Assembly: GCA_002423425.1 (NCBI GenBank)
Contig: DIWC01000063.1
Location: 45,909-109,908 of the forward strand
Reading direction: 5' to 3'
Length of the DNA stretch: 64,000 nt
DNA from: Peptococcaceae bacterium UBA6116
GTDB taxonomy: Bacteria > Bacillota > Desulfitobacteriia > Desulfitobacteriales > Syntrophobotulaceae
The number at the start of each line of letters is the position of its first letter. Position 1 is the stretch's first letter. The position numbers were made by a program, and so were the translations under genes. The notes under the pieces were generated by a model that was given only the letters and a program-made list of their open reading frames with translations, searched no databases and was not told the origin of the DNA. Positions 55,833-64,000 of this stretch are shown here, piece after piece.

Positions 55833-56262
55833 TTATTACATCTCCGTCCATCAGCTGGTCGGGTTTAAGAAGAATCAGCAATCTCTCTCCTATCTTACCA
55901 ACCCCACGGATGAAATTAGCATCCATTCCAAGTGCTATCGGCGGCGGGGGTTCAATCGATTCGCTATTAAGTCGCAACACTTCTGTTACCCCATCAACTC
56001 TGATTCCAAAAACCTTTCCATTAATCTGAAGGACAACGATTCTGCTAAGATCTGTTTCTTTTTCTAAAGGCATCCCAAAGCGCACTCTGAGATTAACTAC
56101 AGGAATAACATTACCCCGAAGGTTTATTACGCCCTCAATGAAATCCCTGGCCTTAGGCACTCTGGTAATTGGGGGGATACGAATAATTTCCTGTACCTTC
56201 ATAATATCAATACCGAATTCTTCCGAAGCTAATGAAAATGTAACCATTTGATCTTCAGCCAT
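55816..56262 (-). CDS. cheW: Chemotaxis coupling protein CheW (copy 1)
   Basis: 148 aa with FSLASEEFGIDIMKVQEI...IEGVINLRGNVIPVVNL. Confidence 0.93.
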   Translation of the reverse strand: MAEDQMVTFSLASEEFGIDIMKVQEIIRIPPITRVPKARDFIEGVINLRGNVIPVVNLRVRFGMPLEKETDLSRIVVLQINGKVFGIRVDGVTEVLRLNSESIEPPPPIALGMDANFIRGVGKIGERLLILLKPDQLMDGDVINEQTA

Positions 56263-56315
56263 AAACTATACCCCCTTATTATAAAATAGATATGTTAATT
56301 TTTAATTAAACTTTT

Positions 56316-58391
56316 TTAACGATTTATTAAAATATCCTGAATAAGCGAACCAATATCAAGAATAAGGGTTACTTTACCATCACCAAGGATAGTAGCCCCG
56401 GCAATCCCAGGCAAACCGTTCAGACAATCCCCGAGGGACTTAATAACGATCTCCTGCTGGCCATGCAATTCATCTACGATAAGCCCAATGTTTTTATCCC
56501 CAAGCCCTACAACGACAACGTAAACCTCATCAGCTTTTCTATCGCTGTTTGGTAAATCGAATTTTTGTCTTAAGGAGATCAGTGGCAAGGTATTACCTCT
56601 AAGCTGGATCATAGCTAAACCGCCAACCGTCTTGATCTCACTGTTATCAACCAGGAGTGTCTCAACAACAGACGACAACGGCAGAGCATAGATTTCTTCC
56701 CCGGCTGCGACCAGCAGCGCCTGGATAATAGCTAAAGTCAGCGGCAGCCGAATAATAAAGGATATCCCTTCACCCTTTTTAGTCTTTATATCGATTAAAC
56801 CTCCAAGACTGTTTAAGGCTTTTTTAACTACATCCATCCCGACTCCCCGGCCGGAAATATCCGTTACCTTATCAGCCGTACTGAATCCCGGCAGGAAAAT
56901 AAGATTAGCAATCTCCCTCTGGGACAATTCCTCCCTCTCGCCAATCAATCCTTTTTCCAGGGCTATTTTGTATATTTTTTCAATATCAAGCCCCGCTCCG
57001 TCATCGGAAACGATGATGGCTATATGATTTCCCTCATGAAAAGCATCAAGGGTAATTGTACCGGTTTCTTTTTTGCCGGCCTCAAGCCTTTGTTCAGGTG
57101 TCTCTATCCCATGATCGACGCAATTGCGAATGATATGGGTTAGCGGGTCACCGATCATCTCAATAACTGTTTTGTCAAGTTCTGTTTCCTCACCCTTAAT
57201 CACCAGTTCTATTTTTTTTCCGCTTTTCCGGCAAAAGTCCCTCACCAAGCGGGGATAACGGCTAAAAACAGTCCCCATGGGAACCATACGCAATCTCATA
57301 ACACTTTCCTGCAGATTGCTCATTAAGCGTCCGAGGTAGCCATTGGCATCATTTAAACTATTCACAAGTGCATCACCCTGATTTTGGTCCTTCAAATCAT
57401 TGCCGATCTTGACCAGTCGGGTTCTTGTAATAACCATTTCTCCAACCAAGTTGATTAAGTTGTCCATTCTGGCTGTATCCACGCGAATCGTATGTACCTG
57501 GTTCTCCGCCCTTTGTTGAAGCTGAGTGTTCTCAACTTCTTTCGGGTTATCCAGACTTTCTTCTTTTACCTTTCCTTGATAAGCCGGGGACTCCGATAAC
57601 GAATAATGGGTTATTTTTGCATTTAAAATTTCTGAAACTTCCAGAACATCTGCTCTTATTTCTTCGGGGCGTTCAGTTGTAACGAATAAAAGGCTGAATC
57701 TTTGTTCGTTCTCAGCTTCAATCTCCTCAATCGAAGGAAGAACCTTCACCACAGTTCCCAAGGCCTCAAGTCTTTGAATGACCATAACGGCTCGTACGGC
57801 TTTCATTAAAGCTTCGGAAGCCAGAATCACATCTATTTGGTAAACTGTCTTGCCAACAAGCAGGGCATCGCTTACAACCTGACATTCAGCGGAAGTTAAG
57901 GAAAAATCAATTTGGGCAGCATCCGCTTCTTTCTTAGCCTCCTGCTTTTTTGGTGGCGAAAACCTTCTTTCAGCCAATGCACCTGTCTCAGCTAATGTTT
58001 TCATTTGGGAGGCCAAATCAGAGTATTCCAAAGAGAGAACTATGCGCTTTTCGACCTGTGCCAACATCAATTTGAGTCTATCGGTCACAGCCAGAAGAAC
58101 ATCAATAATCTCATTGGTTACCATCATCTTTCCCTGTCTTAATTTATCGAGTAAATCTTCCGCAGCATGCGTAAGTTCGACAATCGGCGTAAAACCCATG
58201 GTTCCTGAAGCCCCTTTTAAACTATGAGCACTTCGAAATAAATCGTTGACAAGTGAGATATTATCACTGTCTCTTTCTAACTGCAGAAGACCGGAGCCAA
58301 GTTTCTCAACCTGCTCTTGGGAATCGAGTAAGTAAAACTCCAAAAAGTCGTCAAGATCAATCCCCTTATTTCCGTTATCATCCTGGCTCAT
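56316..58391 (-). CDS. cheA: Chemotaxis histidine kinase CheA
   Basis: HPt motif FRSAHSLKGASGTMGF, an HATPase domain (DHGIE, DDGAGLD, GRGVGMD) and a C-terminal CheW-like domain. The ATG at 58391 follows AGGAG by 9 nt. Confidence 0.96.
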   Translation of the reverse strand: MSQDDNGNKGIDLDDFLEFYLLDSQEQVEKLGSGLLQLERDSDNISLVNDLFRSAHSLKGASGTMGFTPIVELTHAAEDLLDKLRQGKMMVTNEIIDVLLAVTDRLKLMLAQVEKRIVLSLEYSDLASQMKTLAETGALAERRFSPPKKQEAKKEADAAQIDFSLTSAECQVVSDALLVGKTVYQIDVILASEALMKAVRAVMVIQRLEALGTVVKVLPSIEEIEAENEQRFSLLFVTTERPEEIRADVLEVSEILNAKITHYSLSESPAYQGKVKEESLDNPKEVENTQLQQRAENQVHTIRVDTARMDNLINLVGEMVITRTRLVKIGNDLKDQNQGDALVNSLNDANGYLGRLMSNLQESVMRLRMVPMGTVFSRYPRLVRDFCRKSGKKIELVIKGEETELDKTVIEMIGDPLTHIIRNCVDHGIETPEQRLEAGKKETGTITLDAFHEGNHIAIIVSDDGAGLDIEKIYKIALEKGLIGEREELSQREIANLIFLPGFSTADKVTDISGRGVGMDVVKKALNSLGGLIDIKTKKGEGISFIIRLPLTLAIIQALLVAAGEEIYALPLSSVVETLLVDNSEIKTVGGLAMIQLRGNTLPLISLRQKFDLPNSDRKADEVYVVVVGLGDKNIGLIVDELHGQQEIVIKSLGDCLNGLPGIAGATILGDGKVTLILDIGSLIQDILINR

Positions 58392-58647
58392 TTTCAGCAC
58401 TCCTAACATATTTAATTCTTACCGGTACTTGAATATTTTGGAAAGTACTAAAAAAAACTTTAAAAAACAAAATTCGCCGTTTATTGTTAATATCCTCCAA
58501 ATTATCCAAGCCTCCAATAATTTCACTACTATTTTCCTATAATTCTATAGTATTTCAGTCCTATATTAAATAGGACTGAAAAAAATATTACCTCAAACAA
58601 CCAAAAAAATAGTTAAAAAAAAACTCATTCTGAGTAATTTTTTTTAA

Positions 58648-59169
58648 CTATTTTTTCTTGTCAATAAAACGGGCTTCCCTCCGGTCTCTATGATCATATG
58701 TATTCTTAATTATTCTGGCATTCTGGAGGCGGTTGAGTTCTAACTTTATAGCATTCAACTCAAGGTTGAGTTTGGGGATAATCATTTCGTCCAGACCAAG
58801 TATCTCCTGCATTTGATTCTGTAAAGCTATGGTAAGCCTTGAAAATTCGTTAAACGTTTTTTCGGGAAGATATTGTTTCAGACGGGAAACCTTAAAGGCT
58901 GAATCTCCGATCTCAGAACAAACAGCCGTCTGCAGTTCAATTGACTGCCCAGACCTTTGCTGCAAAACCTCAAAACATTCTTTGTGAAATTCCCAAAACC
59001 CTTCTAATTCTTTTTCAAGGTTTTGAGCCTTCAGCTTTTCATCATTCAGTTGTTCATCTTTTTCCTCCAAGAATCTTTGGAAGTTTCTCATCTTTTCCCC
59101 AAGCCGGCTATAATCCTCAAGGTCGGCTTTATAGGCTTCCATAAGATTTTGGATTAACTCTTCAACCAT
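58648..59169 (-). CDS. Hypothetical coiled-coil protein in the FliT position (possible flagellar export chaperone)
   Basis: 173 aa, helical and acidic with a basic tail. The ATG overlaps the fliS stop by 1 nt. The call rests on position after fliD-fliS only. Confidence 0.45.
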   Translation of the reverse strand: MVEELIQNLMEAYKADLEDYSRLGEKMRNFQRFLEEKDEQLNDEKLKAQNLEKELEGFWEFHKECFEVLQQRSGQSIELQTAVCSEIGDSAFKVSRLKQYLPEKTFNEFSRLTIALQNQMQEILGLDEMIIPKLNLELNAIKLELNRLQNARIIKNTYDHRDRREARFIDKKK

Positions 59170-59582
59170 TATTTGGCTCCCATCCGGACGATCCTGGCAG
59201 CCTCAATCCATATATCCCGAAAAGTTTCAAAAAACTCAATAACCGGCAGTAAATAGGAATGATCTTTTTTTAGATTTGCTTTAACAACCTCGCCGTCATA
59301 AAAATCATACAGGCTGCGCAGGTTTGTGGCAATCTGGCCGCCTTTTTCCATATTTAAAGAATAATTTAACTCTGTAATGATATCCTGGACCTTACACAGA
59401 CTATTATTGGCTAGATCATATTGCTTTTCCTGAATCGCCAATTTTCCTTGATGCAAATATTTTATCACAGCCGAATACAGCATAATCAACAATTTTTCAG
59501 GCGGAGCCGCCTGGATAGCCGTCTGTTGATAGGCCTTCTGAGGATTGCCATATACCTGGGAATCAGGAAACTTATTCATCAT
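59169..59582 (-). CDS. fliS: Flagellin-specific chaperone FliS
   Basis: AYQQTAIQAAPPEKLLIMLY...QDIITELNYSLNMEKGGQIATNLRSLYDF. The ATG at 59582 is 8 nt after GGAG. Confidence 0.92.
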   Translation of the reverse strand: MMNKFPDSQVYGNPQKAYQQTAIQAAPPEKLLIMLYSAVIKYLHQGKLAIQEKQYDLANNSLCKVQDIITELNYSLNMEKGGQIATNLRSLYDFYDGEVVKANLKKDHSYLLPVIEFFETFRDIWIEAARIVRMGAK

Positions 59583-59738
59583 GACTGTCACTCCTATTAC
59601 TTTTCAGTTGGAATTTACTCGTCCATAAAATAATACAGGGAAGCCGGATCTGCAAAAAATTCTGATTGATGGGAAAAGCAACGATTTATTATCAGCTTCC
59701 CTTAGCATCCAGTCAGCAGTTCCTGTTGATGGGCAATA

Positions 59739-61235
59739 TTATGATGATTTCGAACTGCTGAATAAAGCAGTTGTTTGCGCGGTAAGCCAGCTAGACTGGG
59801 AATTCATAGCGGATAAGCTTGCCTCCAGCTTGGAAAACTTCACCTTTAAATTTTCCTCATAATCGGCCGCCCTCTGTTCAAATTGAGTAATCCGGTCATT
59901 CAAATCCTTAATTTCGTTGTCCAAACTTGAGGTCGTGCTGGCAAGTGTCCCGCCATATTTGGTGAGGGGGTCCAGATAATTCCCCAACAAATTGGCTAAT
60001 CCCTCATTATCGGCCGGTGTTATGCCTGAATAAGAAGCGCCGAAGAGGTTGGCAACACTTTGGGGATCCGCCGCCAGCGCACTGGTAAACTTTGTTGCAT
60101 CCAAAGTCAGATCAGAACTTTTACCTGAAGTAGAAACCCCAATATCACTCAATAAAGTGTAATTGCCGGGATTACTAAGGACCGAACCTGCTTTTTGCCT
60201 TAAGGAAGCCTGGATGGATTGCAGTGTCGAATCACCCAATAACGCTCCGGCTTTTTGAGTACTCGAATCATAGGAAAGATAACTATTGATTGTTTGCTGA
60301 GCGGAATTATAGGCATCAACAAAAGCCTGAACGGCACTTTGGACAGCCGTGGTGTCGGAGCTGACCGTGACCGTAGCTTGTCCCGGTGCATTTAAGGTTA
60401 AGGTTGCGCCGGAAATTGCGCCGGAAACAGTGTTGGATGCACTGGTAATGGACAGTCCGTTGACAGTTAAAATAGCATCCTGCGCACCCTGTATCTTCCC
60501 GCCAAGGGATGGATCCGAAAGACCCGTCGCCGTATAATCGCTTACCGTACCGCTGTCATTCAGAACCCCAATCGTTTGCAAAAAAGAATTTGGATCCCCA
60601 AAGGTAATGCTGTTCGCTGTCCCCGTTTGGCTGGAATTGAAATCAATGCGGTAATTGCCCATGCTTGATTGAACTAAGTTTGCCTTTACTCCGGCACCAG
60701 CGCCGTTGATCGAATTCACAACATCTTGCAGCGTCGGAGCACTTCCGGCCGAATCACTTTTTACAACATGGATATTTTCCGCCTGACCGTTGACAGTCAG
60801 GGTAAAATCCCAGTTCGATGCGGTACCGTTATCGGCATAGCCGGTTCCCAAGGCGGTATTCATGGCCGTCGTCAGAGAAGAATCCGTAAGTTCTTTACTC
60901 ACATCCGTCTCGGACTGGGCGATCTTGCTTACATTGACGATGTAGTTCCCCTGCACGCCGGAACCGGAACCCGTAACACTAAAATAACTGTTTGTGGAGG
61001 CAGTCGTTGCCGTCGTCTTCGTCCATATTTGAGAATCTTTCAATTTTGTCAGAGCGGTATCTACAGCCGAAAGTCTGGTGTTAATATCCTGCCAGGCAGA
61101 CTTCTCGGTCGTTAGGGTGCTTACCTTATTAAACATCTGATTTTCAGGCAGTTTGTAAGCATCAACCATAGCTTGAATCACTGCTGAAAAATCATAACCT
61201 GAAAGACCTGATAAGTTTAAACCGGAAACAGACAT
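59739..61235 (-). CDS. fliD: Flagellar filament cap protein FliD
   Basis: About 498 aa with the N-terminal SGLSGYDFSAVIQAMV and a C-terminal coiled coil. The ATG at 61235 follows AGGAGGG. Confidence 0.9.
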   Translation of the reverse strand: MSVSGLNLSGLSGYDFSAVIQAMVDAYKLPENQMFNKVSTLTTEKSAWQDINTRLSAVDTALTKLKDSQIWTKTTATTASTNSYFSVTGSGSGVQGNYIVNVSKIAQSETDVSKELTDSSLTTAMNTALGTGYADNGTASNWDFTLTVNGQAENIHVVKSDSAGSAPTLQDVVNSINGAGAGVKANLVQSSMGNYRIDFNSSQTGTANSITFGDPNSFLQTIGVLNDSGTVSDYTATGLSDPSLGGKIQGAQDAILTVNGLSITSASNTVSGAISGATLTLNAPGQATVTVSSDTTAVQSAVQAFVDAYNSAQQTINSYLSYDSSTQKAGALLGDSTLQSIQASLRQKAGSVLSNPGNYTLLSDIGVSTSGKSSDLTLDATKFTSALAADPQSVANLFGASYSGITPADNEGLANLLGNYLDPLTKYGGTLASTTSSLDNEIKDLNDRITQFEQRAADYEENLKVKFSKLEASLSAMNSQSSWLTAQTTALFSSSKSS

Positions 61236-61251
61236 ATTTCGTCCCTCCTTT

Positions 61252-61623
61252 CTAAACTTTTTTATCCACAAAGATCCCGATCATATCCGTCAGAGAACTC
61301 AACATATCCAAGACTTTCTTCGGCGGTATTTCATCAAGCACTTCTCCGGTTACCTGGTCAATCACTTTAACCATCACCCGGTTACTCTTTTCATGAATGG
61401 AAAACTGCAACCGCTTTTCTATCAGTCCCATCAGACGGTTCAGTTTGTCCGCAGCCTTTTCGACCTCTTCCCGCGGAACTTCCTCTCTGGCTGAAGGCGT
61501 TTGATCTTTACGGTCAACTACTGGACGGGGTGTATCCTTTGAACCTTCCAACTTTTGGCCTGGAAAGGCATCAACAGGCAGAACCGGAGTCTGTTGGTTG
61601 GTTGGCGGAATCTGACCAATCAT
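61252..61623 (-). CDS. flaG: Flagellar protein FlaG
   Basis: LQFSIHEKSNRVMVKVIDQVTGEVLDEIPPKKVLDM is the typical FlaG core. The ATG at 61623 is 7 nt after AGGAGGG. Confidence 0.88.
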   Translation of the reverse strand: MIGQIPPTNQQTPVLPVDAFPGQKLEGSKDTPRPVVDRKDQTPSAREEVPREEVEKAADKLNRLMGLIEKRLQFSIHEKSNRVMVKVIDQVTGEVLDEIPPKKVLDMLSSLTDMIGIFVDKKV

Positions 61624-61684
61624 CACCTTACCCTCCTTTGATTCTTTCGTTTAAATCATATTATTACAATCTAATTTAAAATTG

Positions 61685-61713
61685 AAGCCGACCGGCAGAA
61701 TGCCGACCGGCTT
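61685..61713 (-). terminator. Terminator after the flagellin gene
   Basis: A GC-rich hairpin (6 bp + 2x2 internal loop + 5 bp, 3-nt loop) lies 20 nt after the stop. CAAUUUUAAAUU follows on the minus strand. Confidence 0.6.
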
Positions 61714-61733
61714 GCAAGAATCGAAGACAGGAA

Positions 61734-62543
61734 TCAACCCAATAATTTAAGAATGGTTTGAGGCGCCTGGTTAGCCTGGGCCAGCATCGCCACCCCGGCC
61801 TGATTGAGAACCTGATTTTTGGTGAATTCCGACATCTCCGCAGCCATATCCACATCACGGATACGAGAGTTGGCGGCATTAAGGTTTTCCGAAGTGGTGC
61901 CAAGGTTATTGATGGTATGTTCCAAACGGTTCTGATACGCACCAAGTGACGCTCTGTTGGTAGAGACTGTTCCAATAGCATCGCTGAGAGTAGAAAGGGC
62001 AGCACTGGCACTAGCCATTGTACTCAAAGAAATAGCATTAATTGCTAAAGTAGTAGACGTAGCCGATGTGAGACTAACTACCATTGTGTCAGTTGCTGTA
62101 GTACCGATTTGAAGTGTAGCCGTACCAGCCACACTAAGTAAAGATTTGCCGTTAAATTTTGTGCTTGTAGCAATATGGCTGACTTCACCAAGTAAAGAAG
62201 TTACTTCTTTCTGAATATTAGATAAATCGCCTGAGGCATAGGTTCCGTTAGATGCTTGGGTCGCCAGTTCATTTAGTCTCTGGAGAATTGAATGCGTCTC
62301 ATTCAGCGCACCTTCAGCAGTCTGAATAAGTGAGATCCCGTCTTGGGCATTTCTCTTAGCTTGATTGAGTCCGTTAATCTGGGCTTTCATGGTTTCCGAA
62401 ATAGCTAAACCTGCTGCATCATCGGCTGCCCGGTTAATCCTGTAACCCGAAGACAATTTTTCCAGAGATTTCTGCATGGAATTGCTTGTGGTTTGCAGAT
62501 TGCGCTGAGTATTCATACTCGCGATATTGGTGTTAAGAATCAT
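61734..62543 (-). CDS. fliC: Flagellin
   Basis: 269 aa with N-terminal [16 protein letters not shown]...[21 protein letters not shown] and C-terminal [15 protein letters not shown]...[24 protein letters not shown]. Confidence 0.97.
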   Translation of the reverse strand: MILNTNIASMNTQRNLQTTSNSMQKSLEKLSSGYRINRAADDAAGLAISETMKAQINGLNQAKRNAQDGISLIQTAEGALNETHSILQRLNELATQASNGTYASGDLSNIQKEVTSLLGEVSHIATSTKFNGKSLLSVAGTATLQIGTTATDTMVVSLTSATSTTLAINAISLSTMASASAALSTLSDAIGTVSTNRASLGAYQNRLEHTINNLGTTSENLNAANSRIRDVDMAAEMSEFTKNQVLNQAGVAMLAQANQAPQTILKLLG

Positions 62544-62547
62544 GATT

Positions 62548-62585
62548 ATCCCTCCATGTTTTTCTTATGCCCACATCCATGTGGT
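62548..62585 (-). promoter_or_regulatory. Flagellin 5' leader with two GGA motifs (hairpin loop and SD), candidate CsrA sites
   Basis: The minus strand reads CCACA-UGGA-UGUGG (62571-62584), a hairpin presenting GGA in its loop. It lies 15 nt upstream of the SD, CAUGGAGGG (62550-62558). Confidence 0.5.
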
Positions 62586-62627
62586 ACATTTTGATTCCTC
62601 TGCCGGCAAGAGGATCTTCTATTGTTT

Positions 62628-62654
62628 TTATCGTCGAAATATCTTCTATCCTTA
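62628..62654 (-). promoter_or_regulatory. Sigma-28-type promoter of the flagellin gene
   Basis: The minus strand has TAAG (62651-62654), a 15-nt spacer and GACGATAA (62628-62635), about 85 nt upstream of the ATG. Confidence 0.65.
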
Positions 62655-62772
62655 ATACTTAAATTCGGTAAATAAATGTCATAATACCAAGTTTGCTTTT
62701 TTTTCCTCCTCCATCCTTCACATTTTGTCTTTTTTCATCTTTTTTCTAAAATAGTTGAGATAAAAACTTTCT

Positions 62773-63984
62773 TTAAAGCAGATTCTTCTTAAGATCCGCT
62801 AGATGCTCCTCTATCGCAGCCCCCAGTGTTTGGTCCGGGCAGTGCCGCCTTGCTTTCTTATAATAACCCAAGGCCTTGGAAATTTTTTGTTCAAGTTCGT
62901 AGGTATAAGCCAAATTATAAAGAAGATCAAAGTTTTCAGAATCACTGCCTAACGCGGATCGCAAAAGCTTTTCCGCCTCGTTTAATTCCCCTTTTTTCAT
63001 AAGAACTACAGCCTTCATAGAAACCAGCTCTGAATCCTCTCCTATGATCCACACCAATTCAGTCAGCAAAGAAGCTGCCGAATCCAATTCTTCATTATTT
63101 ATAAGATTTTCAATCGTTACTTTGACCTGCCTTGAATATTGTTGAAACTCCTTGGCTGCCGAATCGGTACAAACCCGCAACTCTTTCGTTATAATATCAA
63201 TCCCTTGGTTAAACTCTGGGGAAGTCTTCAAAGAAGCTCTTAAAATCTTAACGGCATTATGATAATTGCCCTTGACTTTTTCTTCATCGGCCTGGGCCAA
63301 CTGGAGCAAAAATCTGTCTTCCTTGTCGAGAGCCGGCCAAAGATCGATTCCCAGGGAAACTTCGTTATAGAGAAGCTTCACATACTTCAATCCTACCTGG
63401 ATATACATCTTCAACAAACGTTTGTAGTCCCCATCCGCTAGTTCCCCGTAAAGCAGCGTGTTTTTGAGCAATAACCGGCTTAGACGCAGCTGAGAAAAAT
63501 TTTCTAAGTCAGACATTGTCAAAACATAATTTATCACGAGGCTTTGTACTGATTCCCGCGTCTTATAGAGATACGCTATGAGCAAATCGGATTTTTCCTT
63601 GGAAATCTTTCTTAGAATATCTGCCAAAGGTTGGTTGAGAAATATCAGAAAGAAAAGCAAGTCAGCATAAAATTCCGGTTCTGAATCAAAGTCCAGTATA
63701 TTAGCCAAATCTTGGATTAGTTGTTCTTTCTCCGCCAAACTTTTTTCCTGAAAAGCAATCCGGATTTGATTCAGGCTTGCATAGGACTCTTCCCCTTGAG
63801 CGAAAATGGTTATAATTACTGTTTGTTCATCTTCTGATAGCGTTTGCTTAGAAATCTCCAGTTTTTTCAGGAAATAGTTACGCAGCTCTGGTTCAGATAA
63901 TTGGCAATATAAATCCATGAGCTTCTTAAACTTTTGAGATGTAAGTGCAGCATCTATATAAACATCAATCGCTTGTTCAACCAT
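62773..63984 (-). CDS. TPR-repeat protein
   Basis: 403 aa, all-helical. The C-terminal third has clear TPR-like repeats (AVVLMKKGELNEAEKLLRSALGSD, LLYNLAYTYELEQKISKALGYYKKA). The start lies 16 nt from the window edge. Confidence 0.7.
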   Translation of the reverse strand: MVEQAIDVYIDAALTSQKFKKLMDLYCQLSEPELRNYFLKKLEISKQTLSEDEQTVIITIFAQGEESYASLNQIRIAFQEKSLAEKEQLIQDLANILDFDSEPEFYADLLFFLIFLNQPLADILRKISKEKSDLLIAYLYKTRESVQSLVINYVLTMSDLENFSQLRLSRLLLKNTLLYGELADGDYKRLLKMYIQVGLKYVKLLYNEVSLGIDLWPALDKEDRFLLQLAQADEEKVKGNYHNAVKILRASLKTSPEFNQGIDIITKELRVCTDSAAKEFQQYSRQVKVTIENLINNEELDSAASLLTELVWIIGEDSELVSMKAVVLMKKGELNEAEKLLRSALGSDSENFDLLYNLAYTYELEQKISKALGYYKKARRHCPDQTLGAAIEEHLADLKKNLL

Positions 63985-64000
63985 CCAAGAAGGCAGGTCG

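Noticed and set aside
61676-62011. 111-aa minus-strand ORF overlapping the flagellin 3' end and its terminator
   Set aside because: It is out of frame within the flagellin gene, which has unambiguous N- and C-terminal flagellin motifs. The ORF runs through the terminator hairpin.
1-64000. Search for CRISPR arrays, tRNA/rRNA genes, IS/transposase, integrase, phage or toxin-antitoxin modules
   Set aside because: I saw no direct-repeat/spacer arrays, cloverleaf-like tRNA sequences, rRNA, or transposase, integrase or RT-like ORFs. Every ORF over 100 aa in a plausible frame is accounted for by the features listed.

Overview
The window is chromosomal core DNA from a roughly 40% GC Gram-positive, Clostridia-type anaerobe that is probably a spore-former. 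The taxonomic guess rests on gene content and order (sbp, MecA, FliY, FlbD, SelA, a Gin-like ORF). Almost every gene is on the minus strand, and the window falls into three blocks. (1) 1-15.9 kb holds a complete dcw cell-wall and division cluster: mraZ-rsmH-ftsL-PBP-murE-murF-mraY-murD-ftsW-murG-murA-divIB-sbp-ftsZ. It has a textbook triple MraZ operator, and no ftsA lies between divIB and ftsZ. (2) 16-29.4 kb holds mixed genes. These are a patatin-like lipase, a DUF1858 protein, a GH2-like/polytopic-membrane fusion, a ferredoxin, a PHP phosphatase, a short Na/Pi symporter (the only long plus-strand gene), FapA/DUF342, an LCP protein, SelA, MecA and small zinc-ribbon ORFs. (3) 29.4-62.5 kb holds a large flagellar and chemotaxis array, followed by a TPR protein. 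The order is fliC-flaG-fliD-fliS-orf; cheA-cheW-cheB-flgC-fliE-fliF-G-H-I-J-flbD-fliL-M-Y-cheY-fliO-P-Q-R-flhB-A-F-G-pilZ-cheC-cheD-orf-fliA; fliK-flgD-flgE; rod-flgB-rod-cheW. I saw no rRNA, tRNA, CRISPR array, IS element or prophage, and no recognisable defence system. The observations most worth a second look are listed here. (a) A 163-nt GC-rich element closed by a long helix lies in the otherwise compact dcw operon between mraY and murD, and the helix is complete only in the sense (minus-strand) transcript. (b) A 713-aa protein fuses a GH2-like ectodomain, apparently lacking the catalytic acid/base Glu, to a multi-pass membrane domain. (c) The flagellar locus is rearranged: the che genes occupy the flgB slot, and the hook genes sit behind a terminator plus a sigma-28-type promoter downstream of fliA. 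All functional calls rest on motif recognition by eye. No database search was possible.
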